Counted from the stretch's first letter, positions 28,574-40,465 are shown. The stretch is DNA of 64,000 nt from Diadema antillarum (GCF_040938485.1 NW_027271583.1:558001-622000); one strand, 5' to 3'. Notes: generated by a model from the sequence alone, not told the origin. Numbers and translations are program-made.

Positions 28574-30008
28574 GTCTTTCTCTCATCTCTGTCTCTCCTT
28601 CTCTTTCTCTATTTTCATCTCTCCCTCTATTTCTCTTCTGTGATATGAATATGATCACTTGATCTCTGGGAATGATGAAAATATGGGTGGTGCAAAGTGA
28701 TGGCTGGCATTCACTTGTCATTCTGAGGGCAAACAATTCGTCCGCAGACCATCCCCCCTCCCCCCCCCCCCTCCCCCCAGCGCTCATCCCATATATTTTC
28801 CTGGTAATGAAAGCATGCAATCTGTACAGGTTCATCTAAAGTTTCTTCCATGCACCCATCTACTTGGAAAGACTGTGGATATGATATGGTATTATTGATT
28901 GTGCAGAAGCACTATGTTCAAGCAGATACTTCGAAATCCTATATTTGTTGGTATTAAAGCCAAATATCTTATTTGTTTGTTTATTTGTTATTTTGTTTAT
29001 TTAGTTTATTTTTTAAGCCATTAATGCCCCATGACAAGCTCTTCCAATTTTGCCAAATTGATGCTGGGTATTTGGGCAACATCAGCCACGTACCTGTGTG
29101 TAAACCAGGGGAAAATGAAAGTACTTTTTGAAATTCCTCTGACCATTTTCGAACATTTGTGGCATCTTCAAGTTGCTTTCAAGTGAAAGTTCATTCCAGT
29201 GCAAGTTGACTTCGTTAGGAAGTACTTAGTCAAATGGATGGAACAGTGAAAGTTTCATTAAAACTCTACAAAACTGACAGAGTAATCTAATTTTGAAATT
29301 AAGCATGTTATCGTAATGCAGAATTATTATGTGTGCAAATTAGACATGATATTGTCACCTCAAAACTTCTGTCTGCTTTTGCAATAAAAAAAAGATGAAA
29401 ATCATTCTTTTCGTCAATAATTCAGCAATTACAATGTACGTATTTATGATTCCTTCTTAAAATGACTGATGCATGAACCATGGTTTCACACTACCACAAA
29501 CCATGTCCCATGATGTTTTCCAAACTGAGCCACTACTTTTTCCCATCCTCACATTTCAATTCAAGCATGGTTCTTTTTTTGTAGACTGGAGTAGGCTTTT
29601 CTTTGTAGTCAACTCAGAAGTCCTCGTCAAAGGAAACAAGGCAGAGAGAGAAAAGTGTTTCAGCTTCATGACCTGACACAGAGTTACCTCCTTTTAAGTT
29701 CTCTCTGTCAATATTTGGTATGTTTCCACTCAGAAAGGATTATAGCAGTCCTCATTTCAAAAGGATTGTCATGTCTCAAAAGAAAAAGACTATACATTTC
29801 TTCAAATAAGACCTCAGCCTGATAAATGTGACAGAATTGCCAATCTGGGGTAAATATGTTACATTTTCTTAACTATCTAAACATGACAACAAAAAAAAGA
29901 GGCGATTACGGGGATGATTGAAAATTTAAAGTAGAAAAAGCGTTTCAAAAGGTCTCCAGCATAATGAGTATATTCCAGGATTTAAAGACAAGCCATGTAG
30001 CAAACAAA

Positions 30009-30948
30009 GAGCGTGTTTCTACTGAGAGCACCTCACATCCCTGGCATCGCCACGAATTTTGTCCAACGCAGCACCTCGTATTTTATGACCACTCGAGCTG
30101 TTTCTACTGAGCGATAAAATACGAGGTGATGCAAAGGTGACGTGCAAATGCGGCGATTCCGGAAGTCAGGTATTTTTAAGTCACAGATTTGGGTCACGCG
30201 CGCACTGCCTGTTAATACGATCCGAACCCTGCCTGCTTTGCTACAACTGCGTCGGCTATTTTTTGATTAAACATTTCTCTTCGTCTTCCCATCCAATATA
30301 CCCCGAACTAACATACTGGTATCCTGCCACTGACTGATGAGAAATCTTTGGAGATCGAGGGTCCAGTTGAGATTTTCTCAAGGCTGCGACATACTAATGT
30401 GGTACTCTCGCGATTCGAGACAATATAAAATGAAATAACGCGGTGTAAAATCAAGTAAGTGATGAGGGCTTAGTAATGCAATAAGTTAGGCTGTTAATCA
30501 CGCGAACAATAGGCGATGAATGCCACAATTCACATGTGACGTAACGTATAGGGCCTATAACACATACACAAGCGAGTTGGTACCAACAAAGCATGATGCG
30601 AACACGGTCGCTGTGTGTACACACGTATTTTATACACATGTGTGCGATGAACCGATTGAAAAGCGCGGGGAGAAATTCTAGACGTCCGATACTTGTTTAC
30701 CACGAATTTCGCTACCCGGTATGTTTCTACTGAGAATCGTCCTTCGCGTCACCACGCATCGACCACCTCAATAGATGGACGACGGAGCACCTCGCATCAG
30801 CCGGCATCGGCCACTACCAGATCTGTTTCTACTGAGGAAAAATTCGAGGTGTCACCACGCATCGGCCGGTATCGGCCGGCATCGGCCGGTATCACCACAC
30901 ATCGGCTGGCATCACCTCGAATTTTCGTCGCTCAGTAGAAACACGCTC
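30009..30948. mobile_element. 940-bp non-autonomous DNA transposon, possibly PIF/Harbinger-like
   Basis: 18-bp perfect TIR GAGCGTGTTTCTACTGAG / CTCAGTAGAAACACGCTC, flanked by AAA on both sides; subterminal GTTTCTACTGAG repeats; CGGCATCGGC tandem motifs. Confidence 0.8.
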
Positions 30949-30974
30949 AAAGTTTCCAATTTCTGATTCACTGT

Positions 30975-31065
30975 GACACTGAAGCAGTCAGATGATGAAA
31001 GTAGCAATCCGGAGGTCTAGGGTCGGAATCCCGATGGAATCCCATTTTCTTTGCTATTTTTCCAC
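30975..31065 (+). mobile_element. Possible degenerate tRNA-derived SINE head
   Basis: AATCCGGAGGTCTAGGGTCGGAATCCC resembles a tRNA variable loop plus B-box; A-box not convincing. Confidence 0.3.
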
Positions 31066-31294
31066 TAATGAAATACAGAGGTGACGGCAGGACACTTTGT
31101 AGGTATCCAGAGGATTCCTGAAGAATTCTTTTATTTTCCTGCAACAAACACACCTTTGCAGCATGAGGTTATACTGCCACATGTTCGTGATAAGATACCA
31201 AGTGGAAGGCAATCCAGAAATAGAAGTGTGATAAATGTAAACACTTGATTCGTTTTGTCAGCAGTCATTCAAGGACATTGGCTATGACACATTA

Positions 31295-31638
31295 GTTACG
31301 TTCAGACGACAGGCCCTAACCTCGAGGTTAGGAAACCTCGAGGTTAAGCTCTTGCCCCCTAACTACGACGTGCGTCCACACGACGAATCTTAACCTCGAG
31401 GTTACGAAATCTCGAGGTTAAATTCCTGCCCCTTTGAGTGCGTTGATTTTTGAGTCCACACAGTGCTTAACTAAGAGTGGGGACCCCCCTGCTGCTCGTG
31501 GTTAGAGCGCTAACCATAAGATATCTCGTGGCTCTTAACATCGAGCTAACCTCGAGGTTTGCTAACTACGAGTGCGTCTTCACGGTCCCTAACTGCAAGC
31601 TCTAACCTCGAGGTTCAGGCTTGTGGTCTGAACGTAAC
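31295..31638. mobile_element. 344-bp MITE (GTTACGTTCAGAC TIR) with six internal TAACCTCGAGGTTA-like palindromes
   Basis: TA|GTTACGTTCAGACGACAGGCC ... GGCTTGTGGTCTGAACGTAAC|TA. Confidence 0.8.
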
Positions 31639-31677
31639 TAGTACTTCTTCTTTAAATGTTGCCTCTTCATCCTTATA

Positions 31678-32277
31678 TACTGTAAAAGTTGATATTTTCG
31701 CGCGACTAATTTTTCACACTTGGCTGGGCAAGAAGAGTTTCGCGTGTTTTTAATCCCGCGGAATCAAGATATCATCGACTGGAACATATGGCAAGCAAAA
31801 GTCTTTGTGTGCTTTTATTTTCGCGCTACTTTCTGGTTGCCCGAAATGCGCAAAAATTTCAACACCGCAAAAATTTCCACTTTAAAGGGACTGTACAGTA
31901 CTGGTTGAGGTGGGGATTCATGTTTTGAACATTCTTAAGTGAGATAATGAGAAACCTCTTATGAAATATGAAAGAGCATGTAATTTTAAGAAGGATTCAA
32001 CGTTTATTTGATGAAAATTGGTTTTCAAATGGCTGAGATATCCAAAAAAGTGATGATGATAAAAGGCGACATGCCACAACTTTATTAGGATCTCTTTGTT
32101 TCACATTGTTTTTGGATATCTCAGCCATTTCAAAACCGATTTTCATCGAATAAACTTTTGATACCCGTTAGAATTGCATGCTCTTTGGCATCTCATAGAG
32201 TGGTTTCTGAATATCTCACAAAACGTTAAAAGCTAAATCCTCACCTCGACCAGAACTGTACACACCCTTTAATAGTA
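31678..32277. mobile_element. TA-target TACTGTAAAAG MITE whose right TIR is interrupted by a TTAA element
   Basis: Left TIR TACTGTAAAAGTTGATATTTTCGCG; right end split as ...AAATTTCCACT|TTAA-insert-TTAA|TAGTA. Confidence 0.7.
31886..32268. mobile_element. 383-bp TTAA-target MITE with AGGG...CCCT ends (Kolobok/T2-like)
   Basis: TTAA|AGGGACTGTACAGTACTGGTTGAGGTGGGGATT ... AATCCTCACCTCGACCAGAACTGTACACACCCT|TTAA; relative in opposite orientation at 63042. Confidence 0.85.
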
Positions 32278-32359
32278 CATGTCATCTGAAGGGCTTTGGA
32301 ATAAAGACCGCCAATCAAAGGAAATGAGAGCAATGTACAAATACACCCTGTATTTATAA

Positions 32360-32569
32360 TACTGTAAAACATGATATATTCGCGGCATGAATTTTTCGCG
32401 AATTGGAGCCGACGACCTTTTTTGCGGCATGAAATTTTCCCGAACTGCCACTGGCATTCAATGCATATAGCGTAGACAAGAACTTTCACGTGCATTTTAA
32501 TTTCGCGAACCTTGCCGCTCGCGAAATTCGCGAAATTAAATTGCACGCAAAATTTATCGTTTTACAGTA
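32360..32569 (+). mobile_element. ~210-bp TA-target MITE (TACTGTAAAAC family)
   Basis: TACTGTAAAAC...GTTTTACAGTA; same family at 46860, 48647, 55021, 58031. Confidence 0.9.
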
Positions 32570-33905
32570 TTCAGTCAAGCAACTATTTGTGAGGAAAGGA
32601 TAGTGTGGTATACTAATAGGAGGAAAGAGGAAAGAAAGAGTTAGGGGCCATTTACTCTTACCGATACAAATGCTATAAAGAAATGAAATTTTTAAAAATG
32701 AAAAATTTGCAGTAGATTTTAGTGCCATTCTCATTGCAATAATTTCAAAATTTGGGTCACGATCCTGATCATAACCTGAAATAACAGGCTATTTTATATG
32801 CCATGAGAATGGTACTAAAACTAGCCAACTGTTCCCAAATTCTCAGGAAAGTACATCAGAAAAACTCCCTTGGGGTTAAATGGGAGTTTTCAGAAATTTG
32901 TTCTTGAACTCCAACAAAGAGTTTAAAAGCAAGTGTGCATTTTCACTGCAGAATTACGGTAAATTTTTGGTCTCGTGACTTTCGGCACTTCTTAATTTAA
33001 CCCTAGTCTCCCCCACTAATTTTTTGTGACATGACAGACGATTGTTCCACCAGTGGTGCGAAGGTTACGAGCATGTGCATCAATTTTTGTGTCCCGCAAA
33101 CTGCATTTTTGTTCTTCTTTTTTTTTTCAGGGTCATTAGCTGACTAAAAGTACACTGCTTGTTTACAAAATCTCTTACCTGCATCTGACACTTCTTGTGG
33201 AAGTCGGAACGTGGAGCACCCTTACTTCTTTTTTTTTTTTACTTGCTCCCCAATTTAGTGCCCTCAGGGAAATACAAAGTGGTCATAATTTGCATGTGCC
33301 ACACTCCAAATTAGCAACACATTGTCTGGGAGACTCCGGGGGATGACTAGTTCTTCCTTAGTGAAAGTGCAGGGCAGAAAGTAGATGTTAGCGATTTATT
33401 TTATTTTTTTTCTCCTCAGTCTTTCGTAGTTCTCATTGCGCGCAGTATGATTCATACAGGGCATTTATACTTATATAGTACAGGAAACATGATCTCAGAT
33501 TAACTCTTGGCTGTTTTTTGTTGTTAGTTTACGCAGGGATCTTCTCACGTTCTGCAGCTGAAAATACAAACAGATGTTGCTTGTACCATCTACGGTATGT
33601 GAGAGATACACTGTCCTGTGGGGTCTTTTCAACTAATCACAAAAAGTGTATGAAATGTGTCAAAACTTATCTGTTTGCCCTTTTTTTGACAGTAACCATT
33701 CATTTATTTCCGCATCAATCAGTAATAATGGACACTGGAGGACTATTGCTGCTGCAGTGATATCAGCCGCCCTTTTAAATTTCTGTACAATGTATCTGTG
33801 CATAACCATGAGATTGATGGAACATCAGTGTTACAAACCAGCAGTGTGTGATGTGTGTGTGTGTGCCATAAGAAGTGAGAGAATTCCCTACATTTCCTTG
33901 TATCA

Positions 33906-33910
<5 letters not shown>

Positions 33911-33941
<31 letters not shown>

Positions 33942-34885
33942 ATTGCGATCGCTCTTTGTCCGTCGTCCGTCGTCCGTTGTGCGTAAACTTTTTACATTTT
34001 CATCTTCTTCTTGAGAACCCCATGACCGATTTTCACCAAACTTGGCAGGTAGCCTCCCTAGAGGAATATAATCTCAATTTCTTCAAATAGGCACCATGCC
34101 CCACTCTGGGAGCCCAACCCCCCCCCCCCCCCCCCCAGATTAAGGAATCTCAAAAAATCTTCTTCTCTAGAACCAGAAGTGATAGAGCTAAGTTAATACT
34201 CTGAGTTAGTATATACATTGATGACTGTAGTTTCAAGTCTGTTTATGGAGGGATCAGGGGTGCCCCCTTGGGACCCAGGGGAGGGGGTGGGGAGGGGTCC
34301 TTATGGGGCCCAAATTGTACATTTTCATCTTTTTCTTGAAAATGCCACAATGAATTTTCACCAAACTTGGCAGGTAGCATCCCTAGGGGGATTGAATCTC
34401 ATTCTCATCAAGTGGGCCCACCTGGGGGCCCCAGGTGGCCTAAATTGGGGCCTAAATTATAAATATCCCTCTTTTTCTTAAAAACCCCATAATGAATTTT
34501 CACCAAACTTGGCAGGGGCAGGGGGCCCAACCTACCCCACCCCCAAGTAAGGAATCTTTCTCTAGAACCAGAAATGATTGAGCTAAGTTAATAAAATGAG
34601 TCAGTATATTGATGACTGTTGTTTCAAACCTCCTAAATTAAGGAATATTCAATAATATTCTTCTCTAGAATCAGAAGTGCAAACTGCATAGTCCAACATT
34701 CTATAAAGTACAGTGTACTTGGCAGGTATAAATGTGATGGAATATGCAAATGGACACCATTCCCTCAGCTCTCAAAGCTACCCCCACCACAAGTTTCCAT
34801 GTTCTCAGGTATTAGAGTCTACAAGAATGCATGGAAGGTGAACTTGCGATACTCAGGTGAGCACGAGACCCCCCGGGTCTCTTGT
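33911..34885 (+). mobile_element. Non-autonomous Helentron-type (HINE/DINE-1-like) element
   Basis: After a T run: 5' hairpin AGCTCACCTGAGCC-GAA-GGCTCAAGTGAGCT, then a (CCGT/CGT) microsatellite and three internal repeats containing TTTTCACCAAACTTGGCAGG. Ends in the 3' subTIR CTCAGGTGAGC (34852-62) and hairpin ACGAGACCC-CCC-GGGTCTCTTGT. Confidence 0.85.
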
Positions 34886-37433
34886 CTTCTTCTTCTTCTT
34901 TTTTTTTTTTTGCAAAGGGCAAATGTATCTTTCAGTTGTTTTGGAGAAGGAGATTTCTATGAATCAGATGTTCAATATGATTGGACTGTGATATATTTTA
35001 CTTGTGTGATTTTATAGCATAGATATGTCCATGTTTAGTATCAGATGTACATAGGCCTCCTGAACGATCTTCAGTTCATGATCAAGGTGATGTTTTGCAG
35101 ATGAGGGGTCTACCATCCTTGGAGAAAGCCCTAGTCCTTGGAGAATACAAAGGCATTTTATTTAGAAACTCCCTCCCCCATCCCATGATTGATGTTTGAA
35201 TTGTGACCAAAATTGCTCGAATTCTTACACGTTCATGTTTCACTCAATGAGGCGGGGCCTGTCAGTTAAGCCAAGTTTATTAGATTTTGGTGGCGGAAAC
35301 CAGGTAACATCCTGCCCATGTCTCAATTACACCAATGCGATGTTAAAGATGAAAGAGGGGCATAGAGAGGGTTTCACACCTGCAGTAGAGCTCGTTTGCA
35401 ATCGCATTGCTGAAATGTCGTTCGATCTAAACTTGTTTAGAGTGAGAGATGGTTCGGACGCTGACACGAGTCCTCCTCCACAGACTGCTAACTGCCAGTG
35501 ACAGTCCATATAGCAGCTGCAACACGAACTCTATGACCGGTCAACCAAACGAGCAACTGTTAATATGCTTAAATATATGCAAGAGTATGCACCAAGTCAG
35601 AAGTAAACACACATGGTTGAACTATAAGGTCCATCCTGTATAATCAAGCAAATCTGGAATGGAAATTACCTCTTGATCACCGCTGAGTTAATGTAGAAAA
35701 GAAATATGTTTTGGGGGGAAAGTGTGATTCAATTATAGTTGCATTCAAACTTGCAAAATATCAGTCGATTGGTTAGAAAGATGTTTCCTGACACATTTAC
35801 AATGAAGTTCCTTGTCGATGTGAAAGGGCTCAAAGAGAGACAGGGGAATCTGAGAGTCATGCAGAAAGAGAGGGGGGAGGGGGAGGGAGAGAGGAGGAAA
35901 GGGTAGGTTTAGGAGAAGGAGAAAAGGGGGCAAGACTTGAAGAATTAGATGTCTTTATTGACAGAGTGAGAAGAAGAAAAGCATCGCAAGTAAAAGAAGT
36001 AGAACTCCATAGTAACTGCCATAGCAACTGCCAAGAAGAGGAAGGAGGAGGAGGAGGAGGAGGAGAAAGATGAGGAAGTAGTAGTAGTAGCAGCAGCAGA
36101 TGAGGAGCATAGCAGCATCAGTACTAATAGTACAATGGTAGTAGCAGCATTGCTGCAGTATTATATTACTTTTTCGACTACTGCTGCTGCTGCTACTGGG
36201 ACTACTACTGATAATGCATACATTGTAAGTAATAGTTTGAGTGGCATTAAATGTGAATACAGTTCACCAGCATTTTGATTTGTTCTTCACATGACTTTTC
36301 ACTCCATGTATATAAAGGATACATTTATTATGTGTTGTCTTGTTCATGTCTCGTTGATATCCAAAATTACAACCTGGGATTACACTGTACATGCTCATAT
36401 AGGCTTACTTATCAGCCACACCTGCACCAACATTCATACAATTCATCTAAATCTATTTGAGTGTGTGTGAAGCTCCTGCCCCAATTTTGAGAGGAGTATT
36501 ATCTTTAAAGAACAAACATTTAAAATCGTCTATTCCAACCCATTCTTTTGACCATTTAAATCAGACTGTGCCCAGATGTCTGCCTTTAATACCACTGGAC
36601 TTGTACCAACCATCATAAATGCAGATTTCCACTTCTTTCACATTTTGTCATACACACATAAATGACAACTGATTGTACCTTTAACCAGGTATCAGCAGAA
36701 ATGATTGAGGAGCTGGGATGAAGTACCAGCATCTTAGGGGTTGTCACCTTGGATAGATGGGTTTTGAGCTCCTAGATCCAGACATTGGTAGATGGATGCT
36801 GGACAGCTGGGCAGAAGGCAGAGGAATGATTACAAGCAAAGTGGTTTCCACTCAACTGCTCTCGAAACTCCATGGCGACAGTGGCACGCGTCCGCAAGCT
36901 GTGCTATTATAATCCCATCAAAGATGTAGAGTGCTTTACGGCACTGACCTCAACAAAAGTCCATCCCACTTGTTAGAGATGACATATGAGCATGGGCTTG
37001 ATGGAGGTCTCAATGTCATTCAAAAGACATGTGTGTTGAACACAAAAACTTTTGTGGCCTCCAGGCTTGTTTAAAACACATAAAGAAGCCTAAAAAACAT
37101 TCAGTGTTAATCCAATGTAACATTATACTTTCGAGATTGTTTACAACTATTCTTTTCCACCCTCGTGAAGTGTTTTTAGAAGGTAAAAGCCTTACAAAAA
37201 AGGACCGTCTACAGTTCAAGAGCTAGTGAACATTTTCTATGAGGGCAAGTACTTTTGATTTAATGTCTAATATTGTAGGCCAATAATGGGTTGGACGCTA
37301 AGTTTTTAAAATATCCTAGGGGGGAAAATGGCTTATGAAAGTGTGAAGAAAACAGAATCATGGATATAATTTCATAGCATTCAGACATCTTGTGACCTCC
37401 CAGTAGGTGGCATCTTTCAAAAATCTGAATTAA

Positions 37434-37517
37434 CCCGTTGAGGATGGGTGATTTTGCTACAACATGCTTTTCCCATAGACCCTTGCCCGAGTATACTTGG
37501 GACGTGTCCTCAGTGGG
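37434..37517 (+). mobile_element. 84-bp TTAA mini-MITE, copy 2
   Basis: TTAA|CCCGTTGAGGATG...GTCCTCAGTGGG|TTAA. Confidence 0.85.
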
Positions 37518-37850
37518 TTAAAGTGTAAATCAACCTAACGTTGAGGTTGACTCTTGTGAGGAAAGTAAAGCCAGAAAGAACAAAAAAAAAAATCAGTGTT
37601 TCATCATATAGGCCTAGCACCTAGGAAATGAAATAAGAAAGTCATTGACTATCCTCACATTTTTCAAATGCAGCAACATTGCAATTTTAAGTCTCAGTAT
37701 GATTAGAAGAAATGTAATGGTGCATATCATGATTATGGAATTTCCTAATAGAGAATGGCAGTGGGAATGGTCCATACGCTATTTAGAGAAGACAGGCTAA
37801 TTATAATGACAATCTGTCATGTATTGGACACTTTTGATACCCGACCTTTA

Positions 37851-38251
37851 AAGATAATATAAAGTCTTGGTACCTCAAAAGTTTCCCTGAGTTTTCTTGT
37901 CTTAGTTTGTGTTTCAGGTTAAAGTACCTTTCATATAAGTAACACTGTGAGACTTACTCGCCCCAAAGTGCTCTCATGTCTTAGTAATCATGCAATAATG
38001 GTTTCGTACCAGAGCAGAGCGGGCTCTGAAAAATTCGAACGAGCCGTTAGTTTGACTCGACGCGGTACCGCGAGAATCAATATACACGTATTGTACGAAA
38101 CCATTATTGCATGATTACTAAGACATGAGAGCACTGTGGGGCGAGTAAGTCTCACAGTGTTAGTTATATGAAAGGTACTTTAACCTGAAACACAAACTAA
38201 GACAAGGAAACTCAGGGAAACTTTTGAGGTACCAAAACTTTATATTATCTT
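37851..38251. repeat. Long inverted repeat (159-bp arms, 83-bp spacer), probably a foldback-type MITE
   Basis: 37851-38009 is the reverse complement of 38093-38251 with about 4 mismatches seen. Confidence 0.92.
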
Positions 38252-38573
38252 AAAATTGAGCCAGCGGACAGTATTCACTTCAAGACATTCTTATGTGATA
38301 GACAAGGACTTTGAAAGCATTAAATGGAGCTCTAAAGATCATTGTGCTCTGTTTTATTTTGTGTTTTCTTTGTGTTTGTTTGTTTGTTTGTTTTTTTAGG
38401 CCGTGCTCAGCCTCTCTGTCAGTGAAATGAATCTTTATGTGTGGGCTGGTGTCAGAACATTATGATTTGATTTTTTTTTTTTTTTTAAAGCTGTGTGTGT
38501 GTTGTTTATTTCAAAGTAAATGGTGGCTTTTATTTACATAGTGCTCTTTTTATATATGACATGGACCATGAAT

Positions 38574-39082
38574 TACTGTATACGCTATAATTTTCGCGTA
38601 CATAAATTTTCGCGAATTGCCGCTGTTACACATTTTCGCGAGTGGTTAAATTCGCGATTGGGGGACCAGAGAAAATATGAAGTGGCAAAGAAAGTGTGAA
38701 TTTTCAACTTACTAGCAAATAAGAATGACACTAGTTATACACTGCATGAAAAAAACTTACCAAACTCTGCGAACTAGTAAGTTAGAATTCAACATTTTTG
38801 AAGTGGTTAAGTCCATCGCGCTAGATTTCTGACGACTGGTCCCCTTGCGATAATGGATTTAGTATTCGTAAGTAGACGTGGACGTGCGTAAACAAGCTTA
38901 GCCAGTATGGTCTGTTCGGTAAGCTGTGACATGGTATACTAGTACTGAAATGTTCGTATCATCAAGGCAAGGGATTCATTTTGGAAGGTAATATTTTCGC
39001 GTGTTGTTGATTTCGCGAATAGCTCCCGACTCGCGAAATTCGCGAAAATAAAACCCCCGCGAAATATATAGCGTATACAGTA
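38574..39082 (+). mobile_element. ~510-bp TA-target MITE (TACTGTATACG TIR)
   Basis: TACTGTATACGCTATA...TATAGCGTATACAGTA; near-identical inverted copy at 46348-46861. Confidence 0.92.
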
Positions 39083-39301
39083 AACCCCACCACAACATAA
39101 CATAACCACACAGAAAGAGGTCCTGGCATGTGGCTCACTGCCTGCGACTCGGTGGTTGTCAGTTATTCACACATGCTCAGAAGAGGGCAGCATTCATCCT
39201 ATGGCTGTGATGCCCTGTGTCGACAGCAGTCTTTCAAAGCCCAAAAAGTCTTTCGTAGAAGTGGGGTTTTTCTTCTGTACACCATACTGCCTTGACTTTA
39301 A

Positions 39302-39385
39302 TCCGTTGAGGACAAGTCCCGAGTATACTCAGGCAGGTGTCTATGGTAAATCCTGTTGTAGCAAAATCAGTCCGTCCTCAATGGG
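39302..39385 (-). mobile_element. 84-bp TTAA mini-MITE, copy 3
   Basis: Reverse complement of the 19351 family, TTAA both sides. Confidence 0.85.
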
Positions 39386-39913
39386 TTAAACATCATTGTA
39401 TGGATGCAAGAACACTCACATGTTTGTTTGGGGGTTTTTTGTCACTGTCTTATATTAAAAAACAACAACAAAAAGTTGAGGTTTTTGTATATTTAGTGCC
39501 TTTGTTGGTTTCTTATACCATTTAATACACACACAAAAACAAAACCAACCACTTAAGTTGCATGTTCTGCCTTGCATTGATTAATTTACATATATACACT
39601 ATAGGCTTATAAGGCAGTACTGTTTCAGTGTATAATAACCTTATTCACCCTTTTCCATGCAAGGGAATTTGAAAAGTGTGTATAAGGCTTTGGGATGTTC
39701 TGTGCCAATAGGCACCCAAATTACCTTAAGATATAAAGAAAGCATGCAAGTTCTCTATGGTTATCTCACAGTATTCAAACATCCAAGAGATGTTTCAAAG
39801 AGAATGTAGCCTATTTGAATGTACCATTCTTCTCTGGTGCGTGAGATGAGATGTTATAGCATTGCTAAGGATGTCATCTATGCAAATTCTCTTCCCTCAT
39901 CACACAAACACAG

Positions 39914-40031
39914 GTCTTCCTGTTTGACAGCAGGGTCTCCAGGGAGAAGGTGCACTACCAGTACCTCGCTCCACTCTCCCACGGCTGGAAGACCAGAGGA
40001 TGGAGCAGGTGTTCTGCTTCCTGTGGAGGAG
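39914..40031 (+). CDS. ADAMTSL1/3-like: Internal coding exon, end of spacer plus first half of TSP1 repeat: VFLFDSRVSREKVHYQYLAPLSHGWKTRGWSRCSASCGG(G)
   Basis: Acceptor ttctcttccctcatcacacaaacacAG, donor GTAAGA at 40032. Phase-0 start joins the 22565 donor in frame (KDIVIT|VFLF). WxxxxWSxCSxSCGGG TSP1 motif; spacer running directly into P..H.W as I recall for ADAMTSL1/3. Confidence 0.93.
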
Positions 40032-40092
40032 GTAAGAATCACAGGGTTCATCTCATCACAGGCACAACTGTGCCAACTTTTGAAAAAGTACG

Positions 40093-40106
40093 GTCACCAT
40101 GGCAAC
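40093..40106. promoter_or_regulatory. RFX X-box motif GTCACCATGGCAAC
   Basis: Matches RFX consensus; about 60 bp into the intron after the TSP1 exon. Confidence 0.5.
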
Positions 40107-40135
40107 AACCAAACCCATATTCCAGCATCCAACCC

Positions 40136-40140
<5 letters not shown>

Positions 40141-40183
<43 letters not shown>
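40141..40183. repeat. (GT)n microsatellite
   Basis: Directly visible. Confidence 0.95.
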
Positions 40184-40184
<1 letters not shown>

Positions 40185-40371
40185 CCGTGCAGGTGGCTAC
40201 AGCTCGCTCTACATATGTCGACATCTGACTTATTACCCCTAAACTTGGCTATAATCTCAAGTCAGGCACGCTCACCAGGGAGCAGTGCAATGGAACAATC
40301 TCATACAAAGGCTATTGTGATGCAATAGTAATCATTGACAAGTGCCCCCTTTCATATCATTTAGCATTCAG

Positions 40372-40465
40372 TTGAACCATTTCTGTGCCAGGGACTTTGG
40401 ACAGTGTGTACAATGCTATTGGATCTCCTGAACCCATCGGCACCCAGAACATACAAAAGGGTTAA
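40372..40465. mobile_element. Degenerate ~90-bp TTAA-type MITE; relatives at ~45773-45860 and ~39647-39720
   Basis: Shared TTCTGTGCCAGGGA..GGACAGTGTGT.CAA core; ends ...AAAGGGTTAA / AAAGAGTTAA. Confidence 0.45.

Noticed and set aside
30975-31065. Functional tRNA gene
   Set aside because: Only a degenerate B-box/T-arm; no acceptor or D-arm pairing
39929-39933. NAGNAG alternative acceptors (GACAGCAG)
   Set aside because: Both would be phase 2 and out of frame with the phase-0 donor at 22565; the CAG at 39911-13 gives the in-frame join
40193-40242. Next TSP1 exon G-GYSSLYICRHLTYYP
   Set aside because: Cys spacing fits but the Q/R/V motif is absent and an in-frame TAA follows with no donor
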